DNA of 64,000 nt from Lysobacter sp. (GTDB lineage: Bacteria > Pseudomonadota > Gammaproteobacteria > Xanthomonadales > Xanthomonadaceae), in NCBI GenBank assembly GCA_043738095.1, contig JAYSZI010000039.1, forward strand, positions 10,684-74,683, read 5' to 3'. Below the pieces are notes generated by a model. It had not been told where the DNA came from and made no database searches. It saw nothing but the letters and a program-made list of their open reading frames with translations. Positions 1 to 8,853 of this stretch are shown piece by piece. Numbering within the stretch: position 1 is the stretch's first letter; the number at the start of each line of letters is the position of its first letter. Position numbers and translations under genes: made by a program.

Positions 1-487
1 TTGGATCGGTGCGCCCGCCGGCGGAGCCGCACACTATTACCGGCAACTTGCGACGGCGGCACCAGGCAATCAACTCAACCTTGCTCCGAAAGCTGTCGCA
101 CGCATCGAGTACCAAATCGAAGCCGTGGTCGAGCATCTCACCCAGATTGGTCGGGGTCACGAAGCTCGGCACCGCCGTCACTGCGATATGTGGATTGATC
201 GCGCGACACCGGTCGGCCATCGCCTCGACTTTGGCCCGGCCATACTGGCCTGCGTGTGCGGGCAACTGGCGGTTGGTGTTGGACACACAGATGTCGTCGG
301 CATCGATCAACGTCAGATGACCGATGCCGGTGCGCGCCAGCGCCTCGACGGCCCACGAACCGACGCCCCCCATGCCAACGACCGCAACGCGGCACCTGGC
401 GAAGCGCTCGACGGCGCCGACGCCATACAGCCGATCGACGCCGGCGAAACGCTGCTGCCAGGAGACATCCAGAAGGGTCATGCTCAT
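1..487 (-). CDS. tcdA: tRNA threonylcarbamoyladenosine dehydratase (ThiF/MoeB fold, TcdA/CsdL). Only the N-terminal part is present; the gene runs off the left edge.
   Basis: My own minus-strand translation from ATG at 487; it is absent from the ORF track because there is no stop in the window. Sequence: MSMTLLDVSWQQRFAGVDRLYGVGAVERFARCRVAVVGMGGVGSWAVEALARTGIGHLTLIDADDICVSNTNRQ... It has a GxGGxG Rossmann loop and the D.D..N.NRQ signature of the family. Confidence 0.8.
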   Translation of the reverse strand, partial: MSMTLLDVSWQQRFAGVDRLYGVGAVERFARCRVAVVGMGGVGSWAVEALARTGIGHLTLIDADDICVSNTNRQLPAHAGQYGRAKVEAMADRCRAINPHIAVTAVPSFVTPTNLGEMLDHGFDLVLDACDSFRSKVELIAWCRRRKLPVIVCGSAGGRTDP

Positions 488-565
488 GCGCACATTGTAA
501 TGCGCGCGGCCATTTCCCCCGGGGACTGCGTGGTATCGTGCGGCGAAATCCGATGGAGCGATGCC

Positions 566-1018
566 ATGAGCGACCCGACGCCTGCTACCACCCCTGCCGC
601 GCGCAAGGGACACGGCTCCAAGTACTTCTTCCTTTTTCTGCTGGGCCTGGTGATCGGCATCGTCGCCACGGTGATGGCGGTGCGCGCGATCGATGCACGC
701 AAGGACCACTTCCACGATAGCGTCATGCATGTGCAGCAATGGCATCTCAACCAGCTCAAGAGCAACGTTGAACAAAACCGTTGCAGCGCCACCGACACGC
801 TGCCGCATCTGGAGGCGCTGCGCACGATGGCCGACGACATCCAGCCCGCATTCCCCGATCTGCGCGATGACAAGCGCTTCACTGACCACGCCAGCCAATT
901 GCGCGGCGCGGTGGACGCGGCTCGCAGCGCACCGCCGCTGACGTGCGAAGGTGTCACTAAAGTGGCGTCGACGATCGGCGAAACCTGCAAAGCCTGTCAC
1001 CAGGATTTCCACAACTGA
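566..1018 (+). CDS. Small membrane-anchored class II (cytochrome c'-like) c-type cytochrome candidate
   Basis: Internal ATG at 566 of the 125..1018 ORF, preceded by GGAG at 555-558. N-terminal TM helix YFFLFLLGLVIGIVATVMAV. A single CxxCH haem motif (CKACH, 986..1000) lies at the extreme C-terminus, as in four-helix-bundle class II cytochromes. Confidence 0.6.
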   Translation: MSDPTPATTPAARKGHGSKYFFLFLLGLVIGIVATVMAVRAIDARKDHFHDSVMHVQQWHLNQLKSNVEQNRCSATDTLPHLEALRTMADDIQPAFPDLRDDKRFTDHASQLRGAVDAARSAPPLTCEGVTKVASTIGETCKACHQDFHN

Positions 1019-1135
1019 AGACGATCCCCGCCGCGCGCTGAATGGGTGCGCGGTGGTTGATCGGGTGTTCATGAACCTGCGACTAGGTTGATGGCGTTGG
1101 CGAATATTGCCTTTCCCATTCCGCAGGAGATCCGC

Positions 1136-1609
1136 ATGAACACCATCAAGTTTCGTTTGCTCAGCGTGGCCGCGGTCGCCTCCTTGGCGCTGGCAGGCTG
1201 TGCAACGGCGCCGTACAACTCGCCCGGCTACGGCAGCGCTCCGGCGCCGGTCGGCAGCGGCGTCAACTGCTACGACTGTGGCACCGTGACTCGCATTGAA
1301 ATGACCGGCGGTGGTTCAAACGTGCCCAATGCCACCGGTGCCGTGCTCGGTGGCCTCGTAGGCGCAGCGGCAGGCCGCAAGATCGCCGACGACGAAAGTA
1401 AGGGCCGTCAGAACTCCGCCACGGTGGCGGGTGCCGTGGCTGGCGCGGTTGCCGGCAACGCGATTCAAAACCGGGTGGGCGGCTCGGCGTACAACGTGCA
1501 TGTGCGTATGAATGATGGGCGCGCCACCGTAGTGAGCCAGAACGATCTGGGCGGCATCCGCGAAGGTTCGTACGTCCGGGTCTACAACGGCCGGGCCTGG
1601 ATTCGCTAA
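1136..1609 (+). CDS. Outer-membrane lipoprotein with a glycine-zipper domain (SlyB / 17-kDa antigen-like)
   Basis: ATG at 1136 follows AGGAGA at 1125-1130. Signal peptide with lipobox LALAGC. Gly/Ala zipper GAVLGGLVGAAAGRK...VAGAVAGAVAGNAI. Confidence 0.8.
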   Translation: MNTIKFRLLSVAAVASLALAGCATAPYNSPGYGSAPAPVGSGVNCYDCGTVTRIEMTGGGSNVPNATGAVLGGLVGAAAGRKIADDESKGRQNSATVAGAVAGAVAGNAIQNRVGGSAYNVHVRMNDGRATVVSQNDLGGIREGSYVRVYNGRAWIR

Positions 1610-1634
1610 GACGCTCCGCATATCCCACGGTTGC

Positions 1635-1667
1635 AAAAAGGCCCGCTCATGCGGGCCTTTTTTTATT
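1635..1667. terminator. Bidirectional intrinsic terminator between the lipoprotein gene (+) and pilE (-)
   Basis: AAAAA-GGCCCGC-tcat-GCGGGCC-TTTTTTTT: a 7-bp GC stem flanked by an A-run and a T-run. Confidence 0.8.
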
Positions 1668-1687
1668 GCGCACACCGCAGCCCGGAT

Positions 1688-2104
1688 CTAGCAGGCGTAG
1701 CCGGCGGGCGGTGAGCCGGTTTGCCCACGCAGGCCCACATGAGTCAGGGTCAACGTGCCGCATTTGGTGTCCGACACCTGTCCCTTCTGCGGGACCGCCT
1801 GCAACGTATAAGAAGACGCACCGATCGCGCTGGCACTGATCTGGTACCACCCACCTTCCGTGGTCATCTGATCGACGCCAGCACAACCCGCCGCGTTGTA
1901 GGCGTTGAAGCGCGTATAGCAGCGCTCGAGCCGACCCGCGATCTCGTTGAGCGCCACTTTGCCCTCCGCGCGACGGCCTTTGCGCATTTGCTCTTCGTAG
2001 CTGGGGTACGCAATGGTCGCGAGGATCGCCACTACCGCCACCACGATCATGAGTTCGATCAAGGTGAAACCGCGGGCGTGGCGCAGGCGTTGGATGTGGC
2101 TCAT
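1688..2104 (-). CDS. pilE: Type IV pilin-like minor pilin PilE
   Basis: Class III signal and N-terminal helix MSHIQRLRHARG/FTLIELMIVVAVVAILATIAYPSY with a C-terminal Cys pair. Last gene of the minor-pilin operon. Start moved to the MSHIQ Met (2104), 8 nt after the pilY1 stop. Confidence 0.85.
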   Translation of the reverse strand: MSHIQRLRHARGFTLIELMIVVAVVAILATIAYPSYEEQMRKGRRAEGKVALNEIAGRLERCYTRFNAYNAAGCAGVDQMTTEGGWYQISASAIGASSYTLQAVPQKGQVSDTKCGTLTLTHVGLRGQTGSPPAGYAC

Positions 2105-2112
2105 GGCCAGAA

Positions 2113-5100
2113 TCATGGCCAGATCTGCCGCCATGAGGTGCGCCCACGGGCGACCGAGTCCTTTTCCCCTACCTGCTGGATGCCACCGGAGTGTCCCGCC
2201 AACAGTTTGCTTTGCTTGCCTGTCCCCGGGAGGTTGAAGATGTTTGGCGTCTCCAGACCACCCACGGTGGAGCCAATGCCGGACGCCGCCGTCTGCGCGC
2301 CATCATGGGTCACGGTATCGCCGGGTTTGCCGCTGGCGCTGTCGGTAAAAAGACCATCGCCATTGAGGTCGAGCACGGGGGAGGCAAAACGCCCACCATC
2401 GCGCGCCTGCAACTCCATCAACCAACCATCGGACCCGCCCGTGCAAGGATCGCCCGGCATCATTGTGGCGAAAATGATGCGACCTCCCTGCAGGATAGGA
2501 TCGGCCACCGCGCGTTCGCCTTTGAAGCCGTTGGCGGCATAGACCAAGTCCAGGTACCAGCCTTTCTCATTGGTCAGCGAACGATTCGACGTGACCCGCA
2601 CCTTGGTGGCGTTGGGCAGCGTCGTTTCCAACAGCACGCTCTGGGCCAGTAGCGCGCTGCGCCCCGCCAACGGGGTGTTACTGGCGTTGTTGTCGTCTAG
2701 CACGCCATAAAAACTCTGTACCGGGCCGGTGCCGCTGGCGGTGTTGTCGCCGTCCTCGAAAAACTTGCCGGTACCGAAGTACACCATCTGCCCCGCACCG
2801 GCCGGTCCACGGCCCACCACCGGCCGCGCAGTGATTGGTTGGCGGTTCGCGCAGCCGTAGATCGAGGCAGCGTCGCCCCCAGCGCAGGCGGTGATCAACG
2901 GACGCGGCGCATTGCCTTGCCTGTGGTGCACTGCCCACGCGCCAGGCGCGGAATTGTCCACATCAAAACGCCACAGGTTGCCCCACAGGTCACCCGCGTA
3001 AATCATGTCGATGATTGTGTCGCCGTTGGTATCGACCGGATAAGGCGCCGACAGGCCATTGGCCGTGTTGCTTCCGGCGACGAAGGACGGGTCGGTATCG
3101 ATCTTGGCAAGCAACACGCCGGTCTCGATGTCGACCACGAACAACTTGGCGGACTTGTCGAGGCCGTAGCCGCTGCCAAAAATCGCGGCGAACTTGCCGT
3201 TTGCCATGCGTTGGATGCTTGGCAGGCCGGTGACGACACCCAGGTCAGGATCGGTGAACTCCCAGAGCACCTTGGGCGCGGTACTGGCAACCGGATCGGT
3301 GACGTCGATCGCGATCACACTCTTTCCGCCGGCCCCCATCGCCGTGACCAGAACCGTGTGCCAGGCCCCACCGAAATAGGCATCGCCGGCCACCGGCTTG
3401 CCATCGACGTAATAGCGATGCGCGTAGTCGCTGCGCGGCAACTGCGCCAGTGCGGGCGCCTGACCCGTGGCCGCCCGCAGGAACTCGGAAGGAATGAAGG
3501 CCCATTGCTCGATGCCCGTTGCCGCATTGAACGCGTGCAGCATGCCGTCGTTGGCCCCGACGTACACCATCGGCGTGCGCGCCGATTTGCCGAAGCGAAA
3601 CGCCTGGTAGCTGTCGCGCCCCGCAGCGGTGGCCGGCAAGCGATCGTAGGCGTAGTTCTCGGTGCCGACATAGCGTGGGCTCGAATTGACGATATCGCCC
3701 AGTGCGGTGCTGCGGTCGCGCAGCTTGATGCCGCCGCTCGCCTGCTGCGCCGCGAGGTCGCCGCGTAACCAGCGGACGCGACGCTCACCGGCACCATCGG
3801 ACTTGGTGGTGTCCTGCGGATCGAGATTGAAGGCGGCCTTCTGCTCCGCGGACAGGTTGTCCCAGAGAAACTCGGTGCGTGCGCCGCTGGCGGAGCTGAA
3901 ATAGATTTTGCGCGTCGCGTGGGCGGGCATCGACGTGCCTGCGTTCCAGTTCGGTGTGCCAAGAGCGCCGGCGCTGGTGACCGAATAGGCAATCAGTTCA
4001 CCCGTCCATTGAGCGGCGTTGAAGCGGGCTTGGAACAGCTGGGTGCCACCGCCGGCACGCGTCGAGGAGGCAGCGGTGCGCGAGCCCGACCCGACCGAGT
4101 TCGACATGATGTTCGACAACGCCTGCTGCAACTTGGTGGTGAGGTCCGTCGTGGTGGTCGCATTGAGCATCTCGCCGCGGCCGTTGACAGCCGCATGGTA
4201 GAGGTCGTCGACCTGCACCGGGCTGCGGACCGCAGTGGGATCAACCCACGCCGGCGGCGCTGTGTAGGCATCGGCAACCTTGAAGTGGGTCATGCCGAAG
4301 ATGTCACCCTTCGCCCCCAAGGTGATGCCGTAGGTGTTCATGTGCGGATTGAAATTGCAGTCCAGCCCGGCCGGTGGGTTCGGGTTGGGGGCGCTCGCGG
4401 TGCCGCAGGCCGCCGGTGCGCGCACCTTGCCCTGCGGCAGATCAGAGCGGACGCCGGCGTAATACTTCATCGCGATGTCGGCAATGGTGTTGCTGTGCCC
4501 GTCCTTGTCGAGGTCGCCAGCGGCGTTGCCGGAGTCCGGAGCGGAGAACCCGTCAGTGAACTGCAGCGCAAAGTTCTTCTGGCATTCCTTCTTGACGATC
4601 CCGAGGCTCGAGTTATTGAACTGCTTGCCGACAAAATCGAGCGCCTGGCGGTTGGGCGTGCCGCCGCTGTTGGCACCGACCTGATACACGAATTTGTAGA
4701 GGTCGCTACGCTGCGAATCGATGTCCCACATCGACAGGTTGACCAAGCCGTTGATCGGTGTGCCGCCGACGTATGCGCCGCTGATGTCGGCAAACGCCGC
4801 GCCCATGCCGGCTCGCAGCGCGAGATGGCGCTTGCGGTGGTACTGGAACCAGTTTGCGAAGTTCTGCATCGCAGCGGTTCCGGCATCGATCCGATAGCGG
4901 GTCAGGCAGTACCCGTCGGGCGCAATGGCGTGGATTGCTGCCGGCAGAGTGACGGTCGGATCGGCTGTAAACGCGGCGTAGGCGGCGGGGTTCGGCGTCG
5001 CGCAGTTGTACGACTTGGCGGCCAGCGAGTAGTCGATCCCACTGTCGCTGTTGCGCAGGTAATAGGTCGCCGGGTAGTAACTGAAACCCTGATTGATCGC

Positions 5101-5754
5101 GCTTGCGCTGCGGCGGGCGTTGCCCGATGCGCTGGCACGCATCCCGATCTGCACCCGGAACGTCCAATTAGACGCGGCACTGTCGACATTGGCGGTCAGA
5201 TTGAGCGTGCCGGTGCCATAGACCGGGTCGGATTTAGCCGCTGTCGGCACCGCATCGGCGAAGGCGTAGCCGCCGCCACTGGTCCAAGGCCGATAGACCG
5301 CGTTGGGGTTGTAGTAAGCGCCGTTGTAATCGGGACTGCGCGCAAAGGCGTATTCCGGCAATGGCGGTACGGCGAAGTGATCGTTGGTCGAGTCGTTGTA
5401 GACGCGGTTGCCCGTACCGGTTCCATTGGGGAACAGGTAGACGTATTTCTGCCATGTCGCGTCCGCGCCACCAACCTCGTTGTAGTTGAAGCCCGACCCG
5501 CCCCGTCGGCCGCTGCCCCAGAACGATGCATTCGACGTGTTCCACCATAGGGCGCCGTCGTTGGTGGTTAACAACAACTCGCCGTCCATGCTGCCGGAGT
5601 TGTCGATCACCAACGCGATGTTGGGCTTGACCGCGCCGGCCAACGTCAGCGGCGATTGCGCGATGCCGGCGCGAACGTCGTTACCGGGCGTCAGGGCGGC
5701 AATGCCCACCACCAGCGCGGTCGCGGACAGTAGGCCGCAGATGCTTGATTTCAT
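2113..5754 (-). CDS. pilY1: Type IV pilus tip-associated adhesin / biogenesis factor PilY1 (1213 aa)
   Basis: Signal peptide. N-terminal vWA-type MIDAS DNSGS (5590..5604). C-terminal propeller region with PilY1-type Ca-binding loops DTNGDTIID (3007..3033) and DLNGDGLFTD (2341..2370). Positioned between pilX and pilE. Confidence 0.9.
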   Translation of the reverse strand: MKSSICGLLSATALVVGIAALTPGNDVRAGIAQSPLTLAGAVKPNIALVIDNSGSMDGELLLTTNDGALWWNTSNASFWGSGRRGGSGFNYNEVGGADATWQKYVYLFPNGTGTGNRVYNDSTNDHFAVPPLPEYAFARSPDYNGAYYNPNAVYRPWTSGGGYAFADAVPTAAKSDPVYGTGTLNLTANVDSAASNWTFRVQIGMRASASGNARRSASAINQGFSYYPATYYLRNSDSGIDYSLAAKSYNCATPNPAAYAAFTADPTVTLPAAIHAIAPDGYCLTRYRIDAGTAAMQNFANWFQYHRKRHLALRAGMGAAFADISGAYVGGTPINGLVNLSMWDIDSQRSDLYKFVYQVGANSGGTPNRQALDFVGKQFNNSSLGIVKKECQKNFALQFTDGFSAPDSGNAAGDLDKDGHSNTIADIAMKYYAGVRSDLPQGKVRAPAACGTASAPNPNPPAGLDCNFNPHMNTYGITLGAKGDIFGMTHFKVADAYTAPPAWVDPTAVRSPVQVDDLYHAAVNGRGEMLNATTTTDLTTKLQQALSNIMSNSVGSGSRTAASSTRAGGGTQLFQARFNAAQWTGELIAYSVTSAGALGTPNWNAGTSMPAHATRKIYFSSASGARTEFLWDNLSAEQKAAFNLDPQDTTKSDGAGERRVRWLRGDLAAQQASGGIKLRDRSTALGDIVNSSPRYVGTENYAYDRLPATAAGRDSYQAFRFGKSARTPMVYVGANDGMLHAFNAATGIEQWAFIPSEFLRAATGQAPALAQLPRSDYAHRYYVDGKPVAGDAYFGGAWHTVLVTAMGAGGKSVIAIDVTDPVASTAPKVLWEFTDPDLGVVTGLPSIQRMANGKFAAIFGSGYGLDKSAKLFVVDIETGVLLAKIDTDPSFVAGSNTANGLSAPYPVDTNGDTIIDMIYAGDLWGNLWRFDVDNSAPGAWAVHHRQGNAPRPLITACAGGDAASIYGCANRQPITARPVVGRGPAGAGQMVYFGTGKFFEDGDNTASGTGPVQSFYGVLDDNNASNTPLAGRSALLAQSVLLETTLPNATKVRVTSNRSLTNEKGWYLDLVYAANGFKGERAVADPILQGGRIIFATMMPGDPCTGGSDGWLMELQARDGGRFASPVLDLNGDGLFTDSASGKPGDTVTHDGAQTAASGIGSTVGGLETPNIFNLPGTGKQSKLLAGHSGGIQQVGEKDSVARGRTSWRQIWP

Positions 5755-5767
5755 GCTGGTGTCCGCC

Positions 5768-6280
5768 TCAACGCCGGTACGTGGTTTGGAGGATCACGAA
5801 CGTGTCCCCGCGTTGGCCGTAGCCGCGCGCGCTGATCCGGTACACCGTGCCTTCCTGCGGCTGCTCGGCAGGATTGAGGCCGCCGCCCGGGTCGGGGACG
5901 GCAGGCAATTCCTCGATGGAAATCTGCGCATTGGCGCCGTTGATCGTGTAGCTGAGCTTGCCGTTTGCGGCCGCGTCCCACGCGGTGGGCTGGGTCCAAT
6001 CCGGCGCCGGCTTGATCGCATAGTGGTACCAGCCGGCGGTCTTGGTCACGTCGGGCAACGCTGCCGCGTCCAGCCGACCCTCGCCTTCGCGCAAGGCGGC
6101 TTCGGCAGTCTGGAACGCCTGGTCGAGCTGGCGCGAGTTGCCCGCCATCCGCTCCATCAAGACGGCTCCGCGCGTGGCTGCGAGCACCAGCACAGTCAGC
6201 ACCAGCAGGATCATCAAGCTGACCACCAGCACTGCTCCGCGTTGGCGGGAGCGCAGAGGGCGAACACGGAAGGGCTTCAT
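5768..6280 (-). CDS. pilX: Minor pilin assembly protein PilX
   Basis: PilX-N type N-terminus RQRGAVLVVSLMILLVLTVLVLAATRGAVLMERMAGN. Operon position between pilW and pilY1. Confidence 0.8.
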   Translation of the reverse strand: MKPFRVRPLRSRQRGAVLVVSLMILLVLTVLVLAATRGAVLMERMAGNSRQLDQAFQTAEAALREGEGRLDAAALPDVTKTAGWYHYAIKPAPDWTQPTAWDAAANGKLSYTINGANAQISIEELPAVPDPGGGLNPAEQPQEGTVYRISARGYGQRGDTFVILQTTYRR

Positions 6281-7434
6281 GGCAGACGGTTCCGCAGCGA
6301 AATGGTCATCGCGAACACCCGGCGCTGGCGCAGGTCGTCGACCGGATCGACCACGGTTCCCGCCAAGGTGTAGGCCGCGGTATCAAGCGCCGGCAGGCTG
6401 TTGCCGTCCGCGCGCATCAGTAGCGCCGCGCGCACGGTACGCACTTGCGACCAGTCAGCCACCGCCGACGCAATCTGATAGGCGTTCACCGCGAAGTCGC
6501 CGTCGGTATCGACGCCGTACAACAGTTGCATCGACTCCACGCCACTGATCAGTTCTTCATTGCGCAACGCTCGGTGCGTCGGCGATGCATCGGGGGCCAG
6601 CAGGCTTGCGCGGAACAGGGCCGGCGCGCCATTGCTGCCGCGTCCGACGAAATACGCGGTGCTCGTGGCCCGCGCGACCATCGCGCCTTCACGGAACGCG
6701 GCACCGTTGGGGCCATTGCCGGCTATGTTGTCGCTGTTGCCGGGCGCGACCGTCGAGGTCTTCGAGCCAGTGACATTGGTCTTGCCGCCAGCTTCCACCA
6801 CATTGGTGGCCTGGAACACGACGCCCTGCGAACAGTCGGTGACGAACAGCAGGTCCCCCTGCGCAATGTCATTGCCGGTCTGCACAAAGATCTGGGCGCC
6901 GTTGGTAAACGGGTCGACCAGCGGCCAGGACTGCGCGCCGATACCGCTGATCAGCAGCACGTCCGAGCCCGGCACGGCCTGCGCGGCCAGCGCGGCCGGC
7001 AACGCGACATTCCACGTCCCACCCACCGCCGGGTCGCTGGCGGCAAGCACCAGTGTGCTTCCGGAACCGCTACCAGTGGCTTCCATACCCGTGATCGCAG
7101 TGGTGAACAGGAACGGGTATGCCGCGCCGCCGTCCACGTAGTTGCGGGTCGGCAGCGACGCCCCAGCGGGCATGGTGCGGCTGCTGCATCCGGTCAGGCC
7201 GGCCATACGCAGATCACGGGCGAGGTAATCCAGCGCATAGCGGCCACCTTCTTCGACCACCGACTTCTGGTCCTGGGTGACGAACGTCATTTTGGTCGAC
7301 AGGTAGACCTGCAGGACCGCGCCGAGCAGCAGCAGCCCCAGCACCATGCCGACCATCAGTTCGATCAGCGACAGGCCTTGCGACCGCTGTATGGGACTGG
7401 GCCGCATTGACGTGGCGCGCTTCACTGGCTGCAT
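6277..7434 (-). CDS. pilW: Minor pilin PilW
   Basis: Prepilin-like N-terminus SQGLSLIELMVGMVLGLLLLGAVLQVY. 4-nt overlap with pilX. The start could instead be the Met at 7407. Confidence 0.8.
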   Translation of the reverse strand: MQPVKRATSMRPSPIQRSQGLSLIELMVGMVLGLLLLGAVLQVYLSTKMTFVTQDQKSVVEEGGRYALDYLARDLRMAGLTGCSSRTMPAGASLPTRNYVDGGAAYPFLFTTAITGMEATGSGSGSTLVLAASDPAVGGTWNVALPAALAAQAVPGSDVLLISGIGAQSWPLVDPFTNGAQIFVQTGNDIAQGDLLFVTDCSQGVVFQATNVVEAGGKTNVTGSKTSTVAPGNSDNIAGNGPNGAAFREGAMVARATSTAYFVGRGSNGAPALFRASLLAPDASPTHRALRNEELISGVESMQLLYGVDTDGDFAVNAYQIASAVADWSQVRTVRAALLMRADGNSLPALDTAAYTLAGTVVDPVDDLRQRRVFAMTISLRNRLP

Positions 7435-7895
7435 AGCCGGGTACTCTCACTGAACTCGAGCCGGGCCGGCTCGCCGGCCACACTCGGGGCGTTTTCGGCA
7501 CCTCGATCACCACGCGAGTCGTCCCATCGCACTGCCACGGTGGCAACGTGGGTTGCGGCGTTTACGGCGATCGATCCGCGACCCTCGGGCAGCGCCTGCG
7601 CCACGCGCTGGCGCCACTCGCGCATATCAGCCTGGGCCACCGTCCCGGTCGCCGTTGGGTCGGTCGCGTAGGCAAGGGTGTAGGCGCCGGCGAGCGCGGC
7701 CGGGCAATTGCCGCGCATGCGCTCGATGATGTCGTGGTTAAGTTGGGTCGCCTGCCCGCGCATGAAGGCGTTGTGCTGGGTCCTGAGCGACACCAACTGC
7801 AGCGACGCCAGCCCAAGCAGGCCAATCGCGGTGATCACCAGCGCCACCAACACTTCGATCAGGCTGAAGCCAGCGTCCTTGCGGCAACGATTCAT
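7422..7895 (-). CDS. pilV: Minor pilin PilV
   Basis: MNRCRKDAG/FSLIEVLVALVITAIGLLGLASLQ prepilin N-terminus, in operon context. Confidence 0.85.
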   Translation of the reverse strand: MNRCRKDAGFSLIEVLVALVITAIGLLGLASLQLVSLRTQHNAFMRGQATQLNHDIIERMRGNCPAALAGAYTLAYATDPTATGTVAQADMREWRQRVAQALPEGRGSIAVNAATHVATVAVRWDDSRGDRGAENAPSVAGEPARLEFSESTRLCSQ

Positions 7896-8449
7896 GGGCA
7901 GGCTTCCGTCGCACTGTGGATGCGGCCGATGCGGTTCACCGTGATCGAGCGCTGCTGTTGCCCGACGCAGGCCGTGTTACGCAGGGTAAAGCTGCGCTGG
8001 CTAGCGGTCGCGGCCGTCGACCAACTCAGCGTACCCATCGGCGAATAGCGGTACCACGTGTCGTCCGCCTGCAGCGAAAAGCCCGCGCCGGGCGCCGGGC
8101 CCACCGAGATCATGCGCGCGTCGTACGCGGCAGCCGGCGGCGCCGGCGGCGGTACCGGGGTGCCGCTGCTCACTGTGTCTTCGAACACCACCCAACCAGT
8201 CGCCCAGTCGTTGCTGGCGCTGCAAGTGCGCTGGTCGGTGCTCGCGCACAGCGTGATAACGCGGCCACGGCGCAGGGCCTCGGCACGCGCCACGTTGAGC
8301 GAGCCTACGAGGGTGTTGTTGGCCGCCGCCAGTCGGTTGTTGCGCAAAAGGTCCGCCATCGACGGCGCCGCCAACGCCAGCAATATGGCAGCGACGCTCA
8401 CGGTAACCAGCAGTTCGACCAATGTGAAACCGCGCAAACGCATGCGCAT
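7892..8449 (-). CDS. fimT: GspH/FimT-family minor pilin (FimT/FimU)
   Basis: MRMRLRG/FTLVELLVTVSVAAILLALAAPSM...LNVARAEALRRGRVITLC is typical of the GspH domain. First gene of the operon. Start placed at the Met immediately before the prepilin motif (8449) rather than at the track start of 8590. Confidence 0.8.
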   Translation of the reverse strand: MRMRLRGFTLVELLVTVSVAAILLALAAPSMADLLRNNRLAAANNTLVGSLNVARAEALRRGRVITLCASTDQRTCSASNDWATGWVVFEDTVSSGTPVPPPAPPAAAYDARMISVGPAPGAGFSLQADDTWYRYSPMGTLSWSTAATASQRSFTLRNTACVGQQQRSITVNRIGRIHSATEACP

Positions 8450-8853
8450 CCCCGCCCCCGTCGCCAGCTCCCTGGCAAGAATCCAACCCACCGCATGGCC
8501 CTCCCGCACCCCGCCTTCAGATGCCCCCGGGACGACCTCGCGGCAATCATCGCCGAAAATTCCGGATGAATCGTACCAAATTTCCGACAAGCGGCAACCT
8601 AAGGGGCGGAGTTTGGCTTACGCAGCGAGATAGCGAACTTTTGGGTTCACTCACTCCACGCCGACGGCTGAGTTATCCGTTCGACCCCGCACGAACACCG
8701 GGACCAGGTCCCAACACGTGCCAACGCCCGGCCACGCAAACACGCCCCGCCAATGCTGCGATGCAGTGTGCGTCGCGGGCAGCAGTCCCGTAACGTCGCC
8801 CGGTCCGCTTCCCGGCGGGACCCAACCCTGATTCCGAATTGGAGAACCACGCA

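Noticed and set aside
3919-5550. 543-aa plus-strand ORF antisense to pilY1, and the similar 309-aa ORF at 2839..3768
   Set aside because: Low-complexity R/G/A/V composition. The opposite strand is an unmistakable PilY1 within an intact pilin operon.
7892-8590. Long form (232 aa) of the fimT ORF starting at 8590
   Set aside because: Prepilin-type proteins have short leaders. The Met at 8449 sits six residues before the G/FTLVEL cleavage motif.
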